Shown piece by piece: positions 8,088 through 16,527 of a DNA stretch of 20,000 nt; the first letter of the stretch is position 1, and the number at the start of each line of letters is the position of its first letter. The position numbers and the translations under genes are program-made. Below the pieces are notes generated by a model. It ran no database searches. It was not told the DNA's origin and saw only the letters and a list, made by a program, of their open reading frames with translations. Origin of the DNA: an uncultured virus (IMG/VR IMGVR_UViG_3300031269_000004) (Duplodnaviria > Heunggongvirae > Uroviricota > Caudoviricetes); IMG/VR virus record IMGVR_UViG_3300031269_000004; one strand, given 5' to 3'.

Positions 8088-8324
8088 ATGCCTAAATCAA
8101 AGCACCGTAAAGGATTCAAAGCGAAAGCAAACAAACTTAAATCTACTCAGCTTGCACAAAAAAAGCAAGACGCACATAACCTCAAACGTCGAGTTAACAA
8201 GATTATGCTTGAAGAGGAACAACGAAAGCAGCTTGCGAAAAAGGCTCAACGAGACACCCAGCTTAGTGTGCTGAATGATGCAGAAGACAACAAGACTATG
8301 ACGTCTAAGTTGTTAGAACCATAA
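8088..8324 (+). CDS. Small basic hypothetical protein
   Basis: Lys/Arg-rich ORF (MPKSKHRKGFKAK) after an A-rich leader; packs tightly against the next gene. Confidence 0.7.
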   Translation: MPKSKHRKGFKAKANKLKSTQLAQKKQDAHNLKRRVNKIMLEEEQRKQLAKKAQRDTQLSVLNDAEDNKTMTSKLLEP

Positions 8325-8334
8325 CACAAACAGC

Positions 8335-9105
8335 ATGCAAAGAAATTCAACATTATTTCAAGAGCTTAAACGAACAGGTTGGGACAACAGAACGGCTTGG
8401 CAAAATGCCCATCCAGACCAAAAGCTATTGTCTACGTATGCAATTAACAAAGCACTACAAGAGCCAAAAGATTGGGATGCAATAGCACTAAAATGTTCAA
8501 ATAATCCTAATCATGAAATGTTTGGTCTTACAGTTGAAGCAATCAGACTTGAATGGTCGTCGAGAGGCAAAAAAGGACAAAATCGCGGACTAAAGTTAGA
8601 GGACTACATTGACTCAAAATTGGCACACGGTGGTCAAGTAGACATCGCAGGTATTGAAGACCCCAAACTATTGTCAAAAATGGGTCACTTTGACAACCTA
8701 TATGATACTGTGCTTAGCCGCATGCATTCTTGGATTGGCACAGAGATTTGGCTAACATCTAAAGTGCTAGGTCTTAGCGTTCGATGTGACAGCCTGTTCC
8801 TAGCGAAAGACAGCCCACAAATTTGTCTTATTGCTGAATGGAAAAACACAGAAAGTATTGCAACCTCGAACAGATTTGAGAAACTTATCGGCCCAGCATC
8901 ACACCTTGATGATTGCGAATGGGTTAACTATACAATACAGTTTCAAATTTATCAATACATACTTCTAGAATATGGTATATTTGACGAGATTATAGCTCGA
9001 TGCTTTCAATTTAAGACAACGGGCTATGAAACATTAGGTCCCGCATTTGATTTTGATCCTACTTTTATTGAAGCAATCGTTAACTTTACAAGAATAGAAA
9101 AATGA
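8335..9105 (+). CDS. PD-(D/E)XK superfamily exonuclease
   Basis: RG..(L)E helix, TEIWL, RCDSLF, IAEWKN and YTIQFQIYQY follow the RecB/lambda-exonuclease-like E...D...(D/E)xK...QxxxY pattern. Confidence 0.8.
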   Translation: MQRNSTLFQELKRTGWDNRTAWQNAHPDQKLLSTYAINKALQEPKDWDAIALKCSNNPNHEMFGLTVEAIRLEWSSRGKKGQNRGLKLEDYIDSKLAHGGQVDIAGIEDPKLLSKMGHFDNLYDTVLSRMHSWIGTEIWLTSKVLGLSVRCDSLFLAKDSPQICLIAEWKNTESIATSNRFEKLIGPASHLDDCEWVNYTIQFQIYQYILLEYGIFDEIIARCFQFKTTGYETLGPAFDFDPTFIEAIVNFTRIEK

Positions 9106-9644
9106 AAAACTTACTTTGTGTACCTATTAATGGTATGGCCGGTTCGGGCAAAGACACCTTTGCAGCAATGGCAGCAGAACACGTTGAGTCAATTGGCGCA
9201 GACATAGTAGTACATAATGTGTCATCAGTAGACCGGGTTAAACAGGCAGCACGCTTACTAGGGTGGCATGGTGATAAGGACAACAAGTCTAGGCAGTTCT
9301 TGTCTGACATAAAAGACCTTGCAACAGCGTACAGTAACAGCCCATTTAAGTATATGACAGGCCACGTTGAACGTGCCAACAGGGCAATAGTATTTCTACA
9401 TATTAGAGAGCCAGAAGAAATTACAGCAATAGTGGAATGGTGCAAGACGCATATGATACATTGCCAAACTTTAAAGATATCACGTACTTCAGTTGACATC
9501 GTTGACAATAATACAGGAGACGTTGGCTCTACTTTACCTTACGACTATGACATACAGGTCAACAACAACTTGGCACTAGCTGAACTTAGACTAGCAGCTG
9601 AAGAGGTTGTAAACACCTGGATAGAAAAATACAAACTTACATGA
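9102..9644 (+). CDS. Deoxynucleoside monophosphate kinase-like P-loop protein
   Basis: N-terminal INGMAGSGKDT P-loop, VKQAA..LGW, SRQFL and HIREPEEI, as in phage dNMP kinases. Confidence 0.7.
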   Translation: MKNLLCVPINGMAGSGKDTFAAMAAEHVESIGADIVVHNVSSVDRVKQAARLLGWHGDKDNKSRQFLSDIKDLATAYSNSPFKYMTGHVERANRAIVFLHIREPEEITAIVEWCKTHMIHCQTLKISRTSVDIVDNNTGDVGSTLPYDYDIQVNNNLALAELRLAAEEVVNTWIEKYKLT

Positions 9645-10189
9645 CAAAAGTACAAGAAAATAAACTGTTAATTGAATTTGAATTACTAAAATTGTCACAG
9701 CTAGGCATTAAAAATTGTACAGGTCAACACTACGAGTTGTGTACTATTGACGCCGCACAACTTTGTATTTCAATTACATCTGTACGCGGTCAAAATATGT
9801 GGTACGAGACGTACAGGTTCTTTGACGGCAAAAAAACAGGTCTGTACAAACAAAAAGTATGGGGCTTGCAATTAGCAAACATAGTAGAAGACTTTGTATC
9901 TTTGCTTTCTGAACACGAAATAAAAACGGCTACCAATATTTTACTAAAACGAAAGACTGCAACAGCAACAAAGGCTAAGACTGATACTAGCACAATGGCT
10001 CAATCTTCAAAGAGACCAACAAAGTACAAAAGAAATACAAGAGGCCAAACTTCACCAAAAGAGCCATTGCTGCAACAAACAAAAGACAGTACAGGTCTAA
10101 CTAGACCTAGCAACCAAAAAGAGAGGGACCAGGCTAAACTTGAACGTAAACTATTTAGCAACCCAAAAATGTGGACGTTTAGCCTATAG
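9641..10189 (+). CDS. Hypothetical protein with basic low-complexity C-terminal half
   Basis: ATGA overlap with the upstream gene; no recognised domain. Confidence 0.7.
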   Translation: MTKVQENKLLIEFELLKLSQLGIKNCTGQHYELCTIDAAQLCISITSVRGQNMWYETYRFFDGKKTGLYKQKVWGLQLANIVEDFVSLLSEHEIKTATNILLKRKTATATKAKTDTSTMAQSSKRPTKYKRNTRGQTSPKEPLLQQTKDSTGLTRPSNQKERDQAKLERKLFSNPKMWTFSL

Positions 10190-10224
10190 TGCCAACATGA
10201 AAACAGTAACATAACTTAAAACCC

Positions 10225-10413
10225 ATGCCAAAAAAAATCACAAAAAGAGGTGAACCTAAATGTAAAATGCAAGACTTACCTTTTTGGGATCGAAAAATTA
10301 ATCCAATTACAGGTTGGCCTACTGCACAAGTGACTAGACTAGACGATGAAAGTAATGAAATGAAGTATTGGCAACAAAGTATAAGCATTGCAGGAGATAA
10401 GAATAGAAAATAA
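10225..10413 (+). CDS. Small hypothetical protein
   Basis: Co-oriented ORF filling the gap before the promoter element. Confidence 0.55.
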   Translation: MPKKITKRGEPKCKMQDLPFWDRKINPITGWPTAQVTRLDDESNEMKYWQQSISIAGDKNRK

Positions 10414-10424
10414 TCAAGCGTTTT

Positions 10425-10498
10425 TGTTAACAAGTTATTGAAAAGTTAACAAATTAAGGTGTCATTTATGCACTAATTGTTATATATTTATATAACAA
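10425..10498 (+). promoter_or_regulatory. Conserved promoter/operator element, copy 1
   Basis: TGTTAACAAGTT...TGTCAT...TAA followed by the palindrome TTGTTATATA-TT-TATATAACAA (10477-10498), 21 nt before ATG 10520. Confidence 0.8.
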
Positions 10499-10519
10499 TA
10501 AAAAACTAATACATCTATT

Positions 10520-10924
10520 ATGAACACGTCAATCTCAATATTATCCACCTGGGGCGAATTATTTAGCCAAAACGTTATCGATAACAACAAAAACATTGAT
10601 AATTTTGTTGGAACATTTAGCCATACTGGTACTACCGAAAAGTATTCAATGTATATGTTACATAGACTGTCAGAAATAGACCAAGAGTTAACAGGTCACA
10701 TTCAGTTACCTGAACATCAAATGATATTCACTGTACAAACAAAAAGATCTTCAATTTTTGGAACATCTGCTTTTGTTATAATAGACTTTAAATCAAAACG
10801 AGTATTTTTTACCACAAATGGAGAAAATAACCCAATTAGTTTTAGTAAAGTTGGTAACAGAATACGCACCATATCAATAATGTGGCTCTATGAAAATATG
10901 ATTAACACAAAAGCAATCGCATAA
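10520..10924 (+). CDS. Hypothetical protein
   Basis: First gene after promoter element 1; no recognised motif. Confidence 0.7.
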   Translation: MNTSISILSTWGELFSQNVIDNNKNIDNFVGTFSHTGTTEKYSMYMLHRLSEIDQELTGHIQLPEHQMIFTVQTKRSSIFGTSAFVIIDFKSKRVFFTTNGENNPISFSKVGNRIRTISIMWLYENMINTKAIA

Positions 10925-11256
10925 TGGCACTAAAAGATAGACTAGGTAAATGTTACATGTTGGCATATCAACATGTAACAGAAAAACAAGATTGGACATT
11001 GTGTCACGGCTTTATTACAGATAATATTTTTGGCACTGGCAATACAATAGATCATGCATGGTGTGAACACAATGCAACTGGTAAACTATACGATCCAGTA
11101 CTACAAAAGCATTACAGTAAGGAAATGTTTATTGCAACATTTTCACCAGACACAACAGTAAGATATACTAAACAGGAAGTACTACAACATGCGTTTAAAT
11201 TTAAACATTATGGACCGTGGCACGAAATTGACAATTCTAAAATAAAATTTAACTAA
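10924..11256 (+). CDS. Small transglutaminase/papain-like fold protein (Cys-His-Asp triad)
   Basis: GKCY, HAW and LYDP motifs in the order typical of transglutaminase-like triads; TAATG coupling with the upstream gene. Confidence 0.6.
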   Translation: MALKDRLGKCYMLAYQHVTEKQDWTLCHGFITDNIFGTGNTIDHAWCEHNATGKLYDPVLQKHYSKEMFIATFSPDTTVRYTKQEVLQHAFKFKHYGPWHEIDNSKIKFN

Positions 11257-11268
11257 ACAAACAACACT

Positions 11269-11592
11269 ATGAATTCACTTAGCAAACACATAAACGAATC
11301 TTTCAGACCGCAAAATAACATTAAGATTGACAGCTTAAGTTTAGCAAACGGTCTGAAAAAGAGTGACTTTGGTGACTTAGTCACTAGCATACAAGACCTA
11401 AAGCTAGGAGACAGCATAATTATAGTAAACAGATCAGACAACGAATGGCGAGATCAGGTTGAATTTTTAGGTGATTCTGGTAATGCTGTCCAATTATTGT
11501 TTACTTATGGTGGCAATAATGAAAAGGTGAAAATAAGATACAGTTGGTTCTTAGAAGACATTAGTCTTGGTTTCGTATACAAAAAGAAATAA
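11269..11592 (+). CDS. Leader-bearing protein (MNSLSKHINESF), paralog of 11889
   Basis: Leader plus a body that aligns by eye with 11889: GL.K..FG..VTS...L..GD..I.V...EWR...EFLG.S....Q.L. Confidence 0.85.
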   Translation: MNSLSKHINESFRPQNNIKIDSLSLANGLKKSDFGDLVTSIQDLKLGDSIIIVNRSDNEWRDQVEFLGDSGNAVQLLFTYGGNNEKVKIRYSWFLEDISLGFVYKKK

Positions 11593-11753
11593 TGCGTCAA
11601 ATTATGCTTGACTATTTTAACGAACTTATTTTTAAGTTTGCTAACAAACAATGGCGGGTTGACTTCCCTGACTATACCTTGCTAGACAAACCTGATCATA
11701 TTAATAGCGATATGATTAATGGCAGCTTTGGTGCAATAGCAGTTAAAACCTAA
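11592..11753 (+). CDS. Small hypothetical protein (53 aa, MRQIMLDYFNELIFKFANKQWRVDFP...)
   Basis: Not in the ORF track; translated by hand. TAATG stop/start coupling with the upstream gene. Confidence 0.55.
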   Translation: MRQIMLDYFNELIFKFANKQWRVDFPDYTLLDKPDHINSDMINGSFGAIAVKT

Positions 11754-11758
11754 ACATA

Positions 11759-11914
11759 ATGGAACACGTAATAAATTGCAATCACGACTTTCCGCTTAGA
11801 GTTAAAAACTTTTTATTTTGGCAGTGTCCTAACTGCAATGCAATAAAGTCTAGATTTTTTTGGTCAAAACATAAAAGAAAACAAAATAATGAAGTCACTA
11901 AGCAGTCACATTAA
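11759..11914 (+). CDS. Small putative zinc-ribbon protein (51 aa)
   Basis: Translated by hand: MEHVINCNHDFPLRVKNFLFWQCPNCNAIKSRFFWSKHKRKQNNEVTKQSH, with a CxH...CxxC pattern. Confidence 0.55.
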   Translation: MEHVINCNHDFPLRVKNFLFWQCPNCNAIKSRFFWSKHKRKQNNEVTKQSH

Positions 11915-12197
11915 CGAATCATTTGAGGCCATCGATCTAGACGGAATGAGCATAGGCCCTGGCCTAACCAAGGGGCAATTTGGTCAACCTGTTACCAGTC
12001 ATGTCCAGTTACAAATGGGTGATAAACTAATTGTTGTTGACAAGGGCGAATGGCGAAACAGCTTTGAATTTTTAGGCTACAGTGAAGGCATTATTCAGTT
12101 TTTAGACTATCTTGGCACAAAGAAAGAAAAGATAACTATGGGGCTGTCAAAGTTTCAGTCTGCCATTGAGGCCGGCCACGTCAGGAGAGAGTTGTAA
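11889..12197 (+). CDS. Leader-bearing protein (MKSLSSHINESF), paralog of 11269
   Basis: Leader plus the body motifs shared with 11269. Confidence 0.85.
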   Translation: MKSLSSHINESFEAIDLDGMSIGPGLTKGQFGQPVTSHVQLQMGDKLIVVDKGEWRNSFEFLGYSEGIIQFLDYLGTKKEKITMGLSKFQSAIEAGHVRREL

Positions 12198-12264
12198 CAA
12201 AAGAGGACAGTACGACTTTGCACCATCTTCTTTTTTAGTGTTTAATTTTAAAATAATACAACAT

Positions 12265-12618
12265 ATGAAAAGTCAAGAAGAATTAGCAATGCTTGTCGAG
12301 TTAACAAAGAGACACTATGCCCTAATGACAACTAGGGATGTTCTTATTAGCGTTTATACTAATGCTTCAGGTTTTTTGTGGTCAGCAATGATGGTTAGAA
12401 GTGGCACCGAACTAGGGTATTCTGATCATAATGGTGACAATGTGTGGTCAGGCACATTTTCAACATATAACAAGGCATTAGCTGATGCAGTAGACCTTAT
12501 CGAAAGTTGTAGTTTAAAAAAGTTTAGGCATGTGACAAGTTCAGATACGTTTCATTGGGGTAACTACGTTGACTTTCTTTACGCACGTCGAAATAGACTC
12601 AAAAAGACAAGAGTGTAG
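12265..12618 (+). CDS. Hypothetical protein (MKSQEELAMLVE...)
   Basis: ATG 12265 after an A-rich leader is preferred to the TTG at 12166, which overlaps the previous gene. Confidence 0.7.
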   Translation: MKSQEELAMLVELTKRHYALMTTRDVLISVYTNASGFLWSAMMVRSGTELGYSDHNGDNVWSGTFSTYNKALADAVDLIESCSLKKFRHVTSSDTFHWGNYVDFLYARRNRLKKTRV

Positions 12619-12646
12619 GAAAGCAACTCAATATTGAACTGCAACA

Positions 12647-12720
12647 TGTTAACAACTTTGCCTATTTTTAACTGTTTAAGTTGTCATTTAACCACTAATT
12701 GTTATATATTTATATAACAA
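12647..12720 (+). promoter_or_regulatory. Conserved promoter/operator element, copy 2 (upstream of ligase N-half)
   Basis: TGTTAACAACTT (12647), TTGTCA (12681) and the palindrome TTGTTATATA-TT-TATATAACAA (12699-12720), 15 nt before the ATG. Confidence 0.8.
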
Positions 12721-12735
12721 ACAAATATAAATACT

Positions 12736-13785
12736 ATGTCACAATCAGACTACAAGGCTAAAGTTGATCTATACTATATAGCAAAAGATGCATATTATCA
12801 AGGAGAAGCTATTATATCAGATGATGAATTTGACTCTTTAGAAGATGAACTTATAGAACAAGGTTTTGATCCAACGGTTGGTTACCAAGAGGTATCAACA
12901 GAAAGAAAGGTTAAGCATGGCCATCGAATGTTAAGTCTTTCTAAGACTAAAGTGGAAACAAATGGTATGTCAAATGAAACTGCACAGGCCTTATTTGATC
13001 GTATTGGTCCAGGCCAACTCAGTTGGAAATATGATGGTGTTGCAATTGAAGCCAGTTACAAAATGGGTAAACTAGAAATGGTTTCCACCAGAGGTGATGG
13101 CAACATGGGTGTTAATGTCCATGCAAAATTGGCTTCATTATTTCCACAATGTATTGGTTACAAAGACCATGTTGGTATTCGTTTTGAAATGGTTATGAAT
13201 CAAAGAGTATTCGAAAGTAAATATTCAGATAAGTATTCACACTCTAGAAATCTGGTTGCTGGCATAGTTAATGACATTAACAAAGATGATGTTAGAAAAC
13301 ATGATCTTATACCAATTATGTTAGAGTCTGTTACACCAACTGGTGAAATATTAGACTTAGACATGTTTCCTGAATTTACCTGTAAAGAAATAACCAATTG
13401 CACCACCCCGGACCAATTAGTAACATCATTTGCCAGTATGGCACAAAGACGTAAAGAGTACCAATTTGGTACAGATGGTATTGTTTTTAACACAATAGGT
13501 GTCAAAAAGGTATTACATAACGGTACATATCCTAAGCATGCAGTTGCTATTAAATTTAAGGCACCAACTATGCAGTCAACCGTTACTGATATTAAATGGA
13601 ATATGAATAAGACAGGAAGATGGACCCCAGTAGTTTATTTTATGCCAATCATAGTTGATGGTAGAAAAATACAAAGAGCATCAGGTCATCACCTTCAATA
13701 CCTGGTTGTTAACGATATCCAAATTGGATCAAATGTTACAGTTACACTGGCTAATGACATAATCCCAATGATCAAAAAAGCATAA
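12736..13785 (+). CDS. ligA: NAD-dependent DNA ligase, N-terminal part (Ia + adenylation + OB domains)
   Basis: AYY..(I)SDDEFD, HRMLSL, catalytic KYDG, STRGDG, RNLVAG, DGIV, AIKF, GRWTPV and DIIP; the ORF stops right after the OB fold. Confidence 0.92.
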   Translation: MSQSDYKAKVDLYYIAKDAYYQGEAIISDDEFDSLEDELIEQGFDPTVGYQEVSTERKVKHGHRMLSLSKTKVETNGMSNETAQALFDRIGPGQLSWKYDGVAIEASYKMGKLEMVSTRGDGNMGVNVHAKLASLFPQCIGYKDHVGIRFEMVMNQRVFESKYSDKYSHSRNLVAGIVNDINKDDVRKHDLIPIMLESVTPTGEILDLDMFPEFTCKEITNCTTPDQLVTSFASMAQRRKEYQFGTDGIVFNTIGVKKVLHNGTYPKHAVAIKFKAPTMQSTVTDIKWNMNKTGRWTPVVYFMPIIVDGRKIQRASGHHLQYLVVNDIQIGSNVTVTLANDIIPMIKKA

Positions 13786-13787
13786 CT

Positions 13788-14078
13788 ATGGAACACACAT
13801 CAATCATGTTACATTTTACAGAACAAGAAATGCAATTGTACCTGACTAAACGAGACTACAGAATTGTTATGACACAGCTTAGCATTTGGTGCCCAGGCGA
13901 ACTGGGCTATCCAGACGTCATAAAAACAAAATGTGTACCTGTACTTTACTATGATTGTGGTACCAGTAATGAAATTGAAGTATTCCATCCAGCAACAATG
14001 ACGCAAGGTTCACACCAAGAACTAATCACAGCAACATTTACAAAAGAACTAAAAAAGACTTTATTGTTAATAACTTAG
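13788..14078 (+). CDS. Hypothetical protein lying between the two ligase halves
   Basis: Starts 2 nt after the ligase N-half stop; no homing endonuclease motif seen. Confidence 0.7.
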   Translation: MEHTSIMLHFTEQEMQLYLTKRDYRIVMTQLSIWCPGELGYPDVIKTKCVPVLYYDCGTSNEIEVFHPATMTQGSHQELITATFTKELKKTLLLIT

Positions 14079-14127
14079 TGACCAATTAGTGTCATATAAC
14101 AATTAATTGTTATATATTTATATAACA
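14065..14127 (+). promoter_or_regulatory. Conserved promoter/operator element, copy 3 (upstream of ligase C-half)
   Basis: TGTTAATAACTT (14065), TGTCAT (14090) and the palindrome TGTTATATA-TT-TATATAACA (14108-14127), 16 nt before ATG 14144. Confidence 0.8.
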
Positions 14128-14143
14128 CCAATAAATAAATATT

Positions 14144-14971
14144 ATGCTTCAAGAGATACCAGAACCAACAGATATTGCAAGAATTGCAGGTAAAGACATT
14201 ACATATGCACAACTTAGGTCTAATTTTAACTTACCAGAAATGGCAATAGTTAAAGGTTGCAATGCAATGGTTATTGATGATGGTCAAGCAATGCAAAGAC
14301 TACAATTTTATCATTTTATGGCATGCTTCCCAATACGAGGCTTTAGCGGTAAATCATTTAAGCGATTAATGCAAGTTGATACATTACTACAAAGTCCAAT
14401 AGGTTTTTTCGATCCTGTAATTGTAAATGCAAAAGTATTGAATGAGGTTGGCTTTGGACCAAGACAAACAGAATTACTGCTACATGGCATACTAAAATGG
14501 AGAACAAAAGGCTTTGAACTATTTAGAATCATTAGGTCACTAGGCATTAATAATTGTGGTAACCGAATTGCAAAAGAATGGTCTAAGAAACTAGCAGGTA
14601 TTGGTTACAATTTCGATAGTATGGCAGGCAAAGTACTCGAAGAATTAGAAAATTCAGACCATCGTATTAACAACATGCAAATGAGGTTACGTAATATGGG
14701 TTACACTATACACTTGCCAGTGGAAGACACGGCACCAGCTGCCAATACTGTAAAGTTTTTAATGACTGGTTCACCAAAAAGTTTTGGTTACAAAACAAAG
14801 GCCTTGTTTAAGTCTGAACTGGTAACATGGCTTGAGGTTGACAAGCTTAAAGATGCACAGGTACTGATTACAGATAACCTACAATCTACATCATCAAAAA
14901 TGAAACAAGCCAAGTCACTTGGTATTGAAACAATAACATACGGCATGGCTGTATTAAAAGCAAAGGCATAA
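14144..14971 (+). CDS. NAD-dependent DNA ligase, C-terminal part (HhH repeats + BRCT)
   Basis: HhH-like segments IRGFSGKS, GFGPRQ and SLGINNCGNRIAK; C-terminal BRCT-like FLMTGS...LITD....SSKMKQAKSLGIETITY. Confidence 0.82.
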   Translation: MLQEIPEPTDIARIAGKDITYAQLRSNFNLPEMAIVKGCNAMVIDDGQAMQRLQFYHFMACFPIRGFSGKSFKRLMQVDTLLQSPIGFFDPVIVNAKVLNEVGFGPRQTELLLHGILKWRTKGFELFRIIRSLGINNCGNRIAKEWSKKLAGIGYNFDSMAGKVLEELENSDHRINNMQMRLRNMGYTIHLPVEDTAPAANTVKFLMTGSPKSFGYKTKALFKSELVTWLEVDKLKDAQVLITDNLQSTSSKMKQAKSLGIETITYGMAVLKAKA

Positions 14972-15510
14972 TGGAACAAGGCAAAGAGTTAGAAAAAATA
15001 GGTAAACTAGTCTCATTATGGCGAGGTGGTACTACTGAGGCAGAAATTGCTAACGCACTAGACAAAATAAAAAGAGTTTGTAAACGTCACGGTATTAACC
15101 CTGACCGTGTCATGTCTGACGATGATGCAACTAGCAAATACGAGTTTCAATTTAAAACACCAGAAGACAGACGTTTGCTAATGCAATTATTGTCAATGCT
15201 AACAGAACTTACAGTTTTTGCGACATTCAAAAACGGTGTCAAGCGCATAGAGGTTGAACTAACAGCAAAAGAATTTATTAACGTTAGAGAATGGTATATC
15301 TTTTACAGGTCTTTACATAAAGAAGAATTGGCAGAACTTAGAGAAAACTTTTTTCTTGCTTTTATATCTAGACATGGTCTATTTTCTGACAAAAAGCGTG
15401 GCAACAAGAGTAAACCAAACGATGCTATCGACTTTGATCTTATTAATAATCTGGCAGGCAGAAAGCCAAAATTGACACCAATGACTAAAATAGGAAAAGA
15501 ACAAAAATAA
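14971..15510 (+). CDS. DUF2786-like protein
   Basis: N-terminal KIGKLVSLWRGGTTEAEIANALDKIKRVCKRHGI resembles the DUF2786 pattern (KIxKLLxLA...EAxxA...LxxKYGI). Confidence 0.65.
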   Translation: MEQGKELEKIGKLVSLWRGGTTEAEIANALDKIKRVCKRHGINPDRVMSDDDATSKYEFQFKTPEDRRLLMQLLSMLTELTVFATFKNGVKRIEVELTAKEFINVREWYIFYRSLHKEELAELRENFFLAFISRHGLFSDKKRGNKSKPNDAIDFDLINNLAGRKPKLTPMTKIGKEQK

Positions 15511-15515
15511 ACAAC

Positions 15516-16007
15516 ATGGTAAGAGAAGAGAAACAAATAAAGGCATTGTCAGATTGGGCAACAGCTTTTAGTAAATTTACACCAACTATGCTAACGCTTG
15601 AAAACTTTAGGCTATTTAGTGCCTTGCTTGTATATGAAAACGAAACGCAAGACTTGGCTAAAATGTCAGATATCGTAGACGAGGAGACCTTTATGATTAA
15701 GATCATACAGGTAAAGCTTACAGGTTTTGAAAATATGACAATGTCACCTTCTGCTATAGTTTGGCTTTCTAGTCATTGTTCAACACCCGGCATTGCTGTG
15801 ATGCTGCTCGCGTATACGTATTGGCGAGCTAAAAATGCCTTGTTAGAAAAAGTTACTATTTCAAATATGGGACACACGATTTTTCCAGATGGTATACCAA
15901 CGCATGAGTGGCTTGTTGCAATGTGGGATAGACAAAAACTGTCACCTGGTTCAGAATCAACAAGCGACAACTTGCTAGATGCAATAATGGACATGCAACA
16001 TGACTAG
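15516..16007 (+). CDS. Hypothetical protein
   Basis: Tightly packed, co-oriented ORF. Confidence 0.7.
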   Translation: MVREEKQIKALSDWATAFSKFTPTMLTLENFRLFSALLVYENETQDLAKMSDIVDEETFMIKIIQVKLTGFENMTMSPSAIVWLSSHCSTPGIAVMLLAYTYWRAKNALLEKVTISNMGHTIFPDGIPTHEWLVAMWDRQKLSPGSESTSDNLLDAIMDMQHD

Positions 16008-16155
16008 CCAGTGGTCAACTAAAATGACCAAGGTATTGGATCACATAGAGGCCCAGTCCGGCACTTTACGAGATGAACGGTCACTTGTCCTGGCTGGTAA
16101 ATCAACATTGCCAAGGTCACTTCGTGACTTTGTAATTGAACAATTTAAAGACTAA
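16000..16155 (+). CDS. Small hypothetical protein (51 aa; alternative start 16024)
   Basis: Translated by hand: MTSQWSTKMTKVLDHIEAQSGTLRDERSLVLAGKSTLPRSLRDFVIEQFKD; fills the gap between neighbours. Confidence 0.55.
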   Translation: MTSQWSTKMTKVLDHIEAQSGTLRDERSLVLAGKSTLPRSLRDFVIEQFKD

Positions 16156-16158
16156 GAA

Positions 16159-16527
16159 ATGAAAATACTGAAAAGTTATAATGTGCAAATATGGGTTGGT
16201 CTTGGTCAGCATTACAATCCAGACACAATAGTCCATCCCGAAGTGGTTAGGTCACTATGTCAGACTTGGACTGACGATGTGAAAGATTGCGTTACTGTTA
16301 CACCAACAGAATTCATATACGCAGGTGGCAATGAACCTGGCGTAGTTGTTGGTCTGATACAATATCCAAGATTTGAAATGCAAGAATCTGACATACTTGA
16401 CAGGGCTATTGCCCTGGCAACAATTTTGATGCACAGTCTTGATCAATTTAGAGTTACAATAACAACTCCAACAGAAAGCTTTATGTTAGAAAATACAGAA
16501 CTAATACTTAAACACGACAAGAAATGA
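16159..16527 (+). CDS. Conserved phage hypothetical protein
   Basis: The motif CVTVTPTEFIYAGGNEPGVVVGLIQYPRF resembles a recurring phage protein family (recalled, not searched). Confidence 0.7.
   Translation: MKILKSYNVQIWVGLGQHYNPDTIVHPEVVRSLCQTWTDDVKDCVTVTPTEFIYAGGNEPGVVVGLIQYPRFEMQESDILDRAIALATILMHSLDQFRVTITTPTESFMLENTELILKHDKK

Noticed and set aside
8335..9105. Exonuclease considered as Cas4 acting on the array
   Set aside because: It lacks the four-Cys Fe-S cluster pattern of Cas4, and stand-alone PD-(D/E)XK exonucleases are common in phages.
12199..12236. Possible terminator after 11889-12197 (aaaagagga...tcttctttttt)
   Set aside because: The stem is mostly A-U with a poorly paired interior; too weak to call.
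12265..12300. MKSQEELAMLVE as another leader copy
   Set aside because: Only MKS matches; it lacks L4, H7/I8 and E10 as well as the DNA repeat.
13788..14143. Possible intron or homing endonuclease interrupting the ligase
   Set aside because: No HNH, GIY-YIG or LAGLIDADG motif and no room for a ribozyme core; the downstream half has its own promoter element and ATG.
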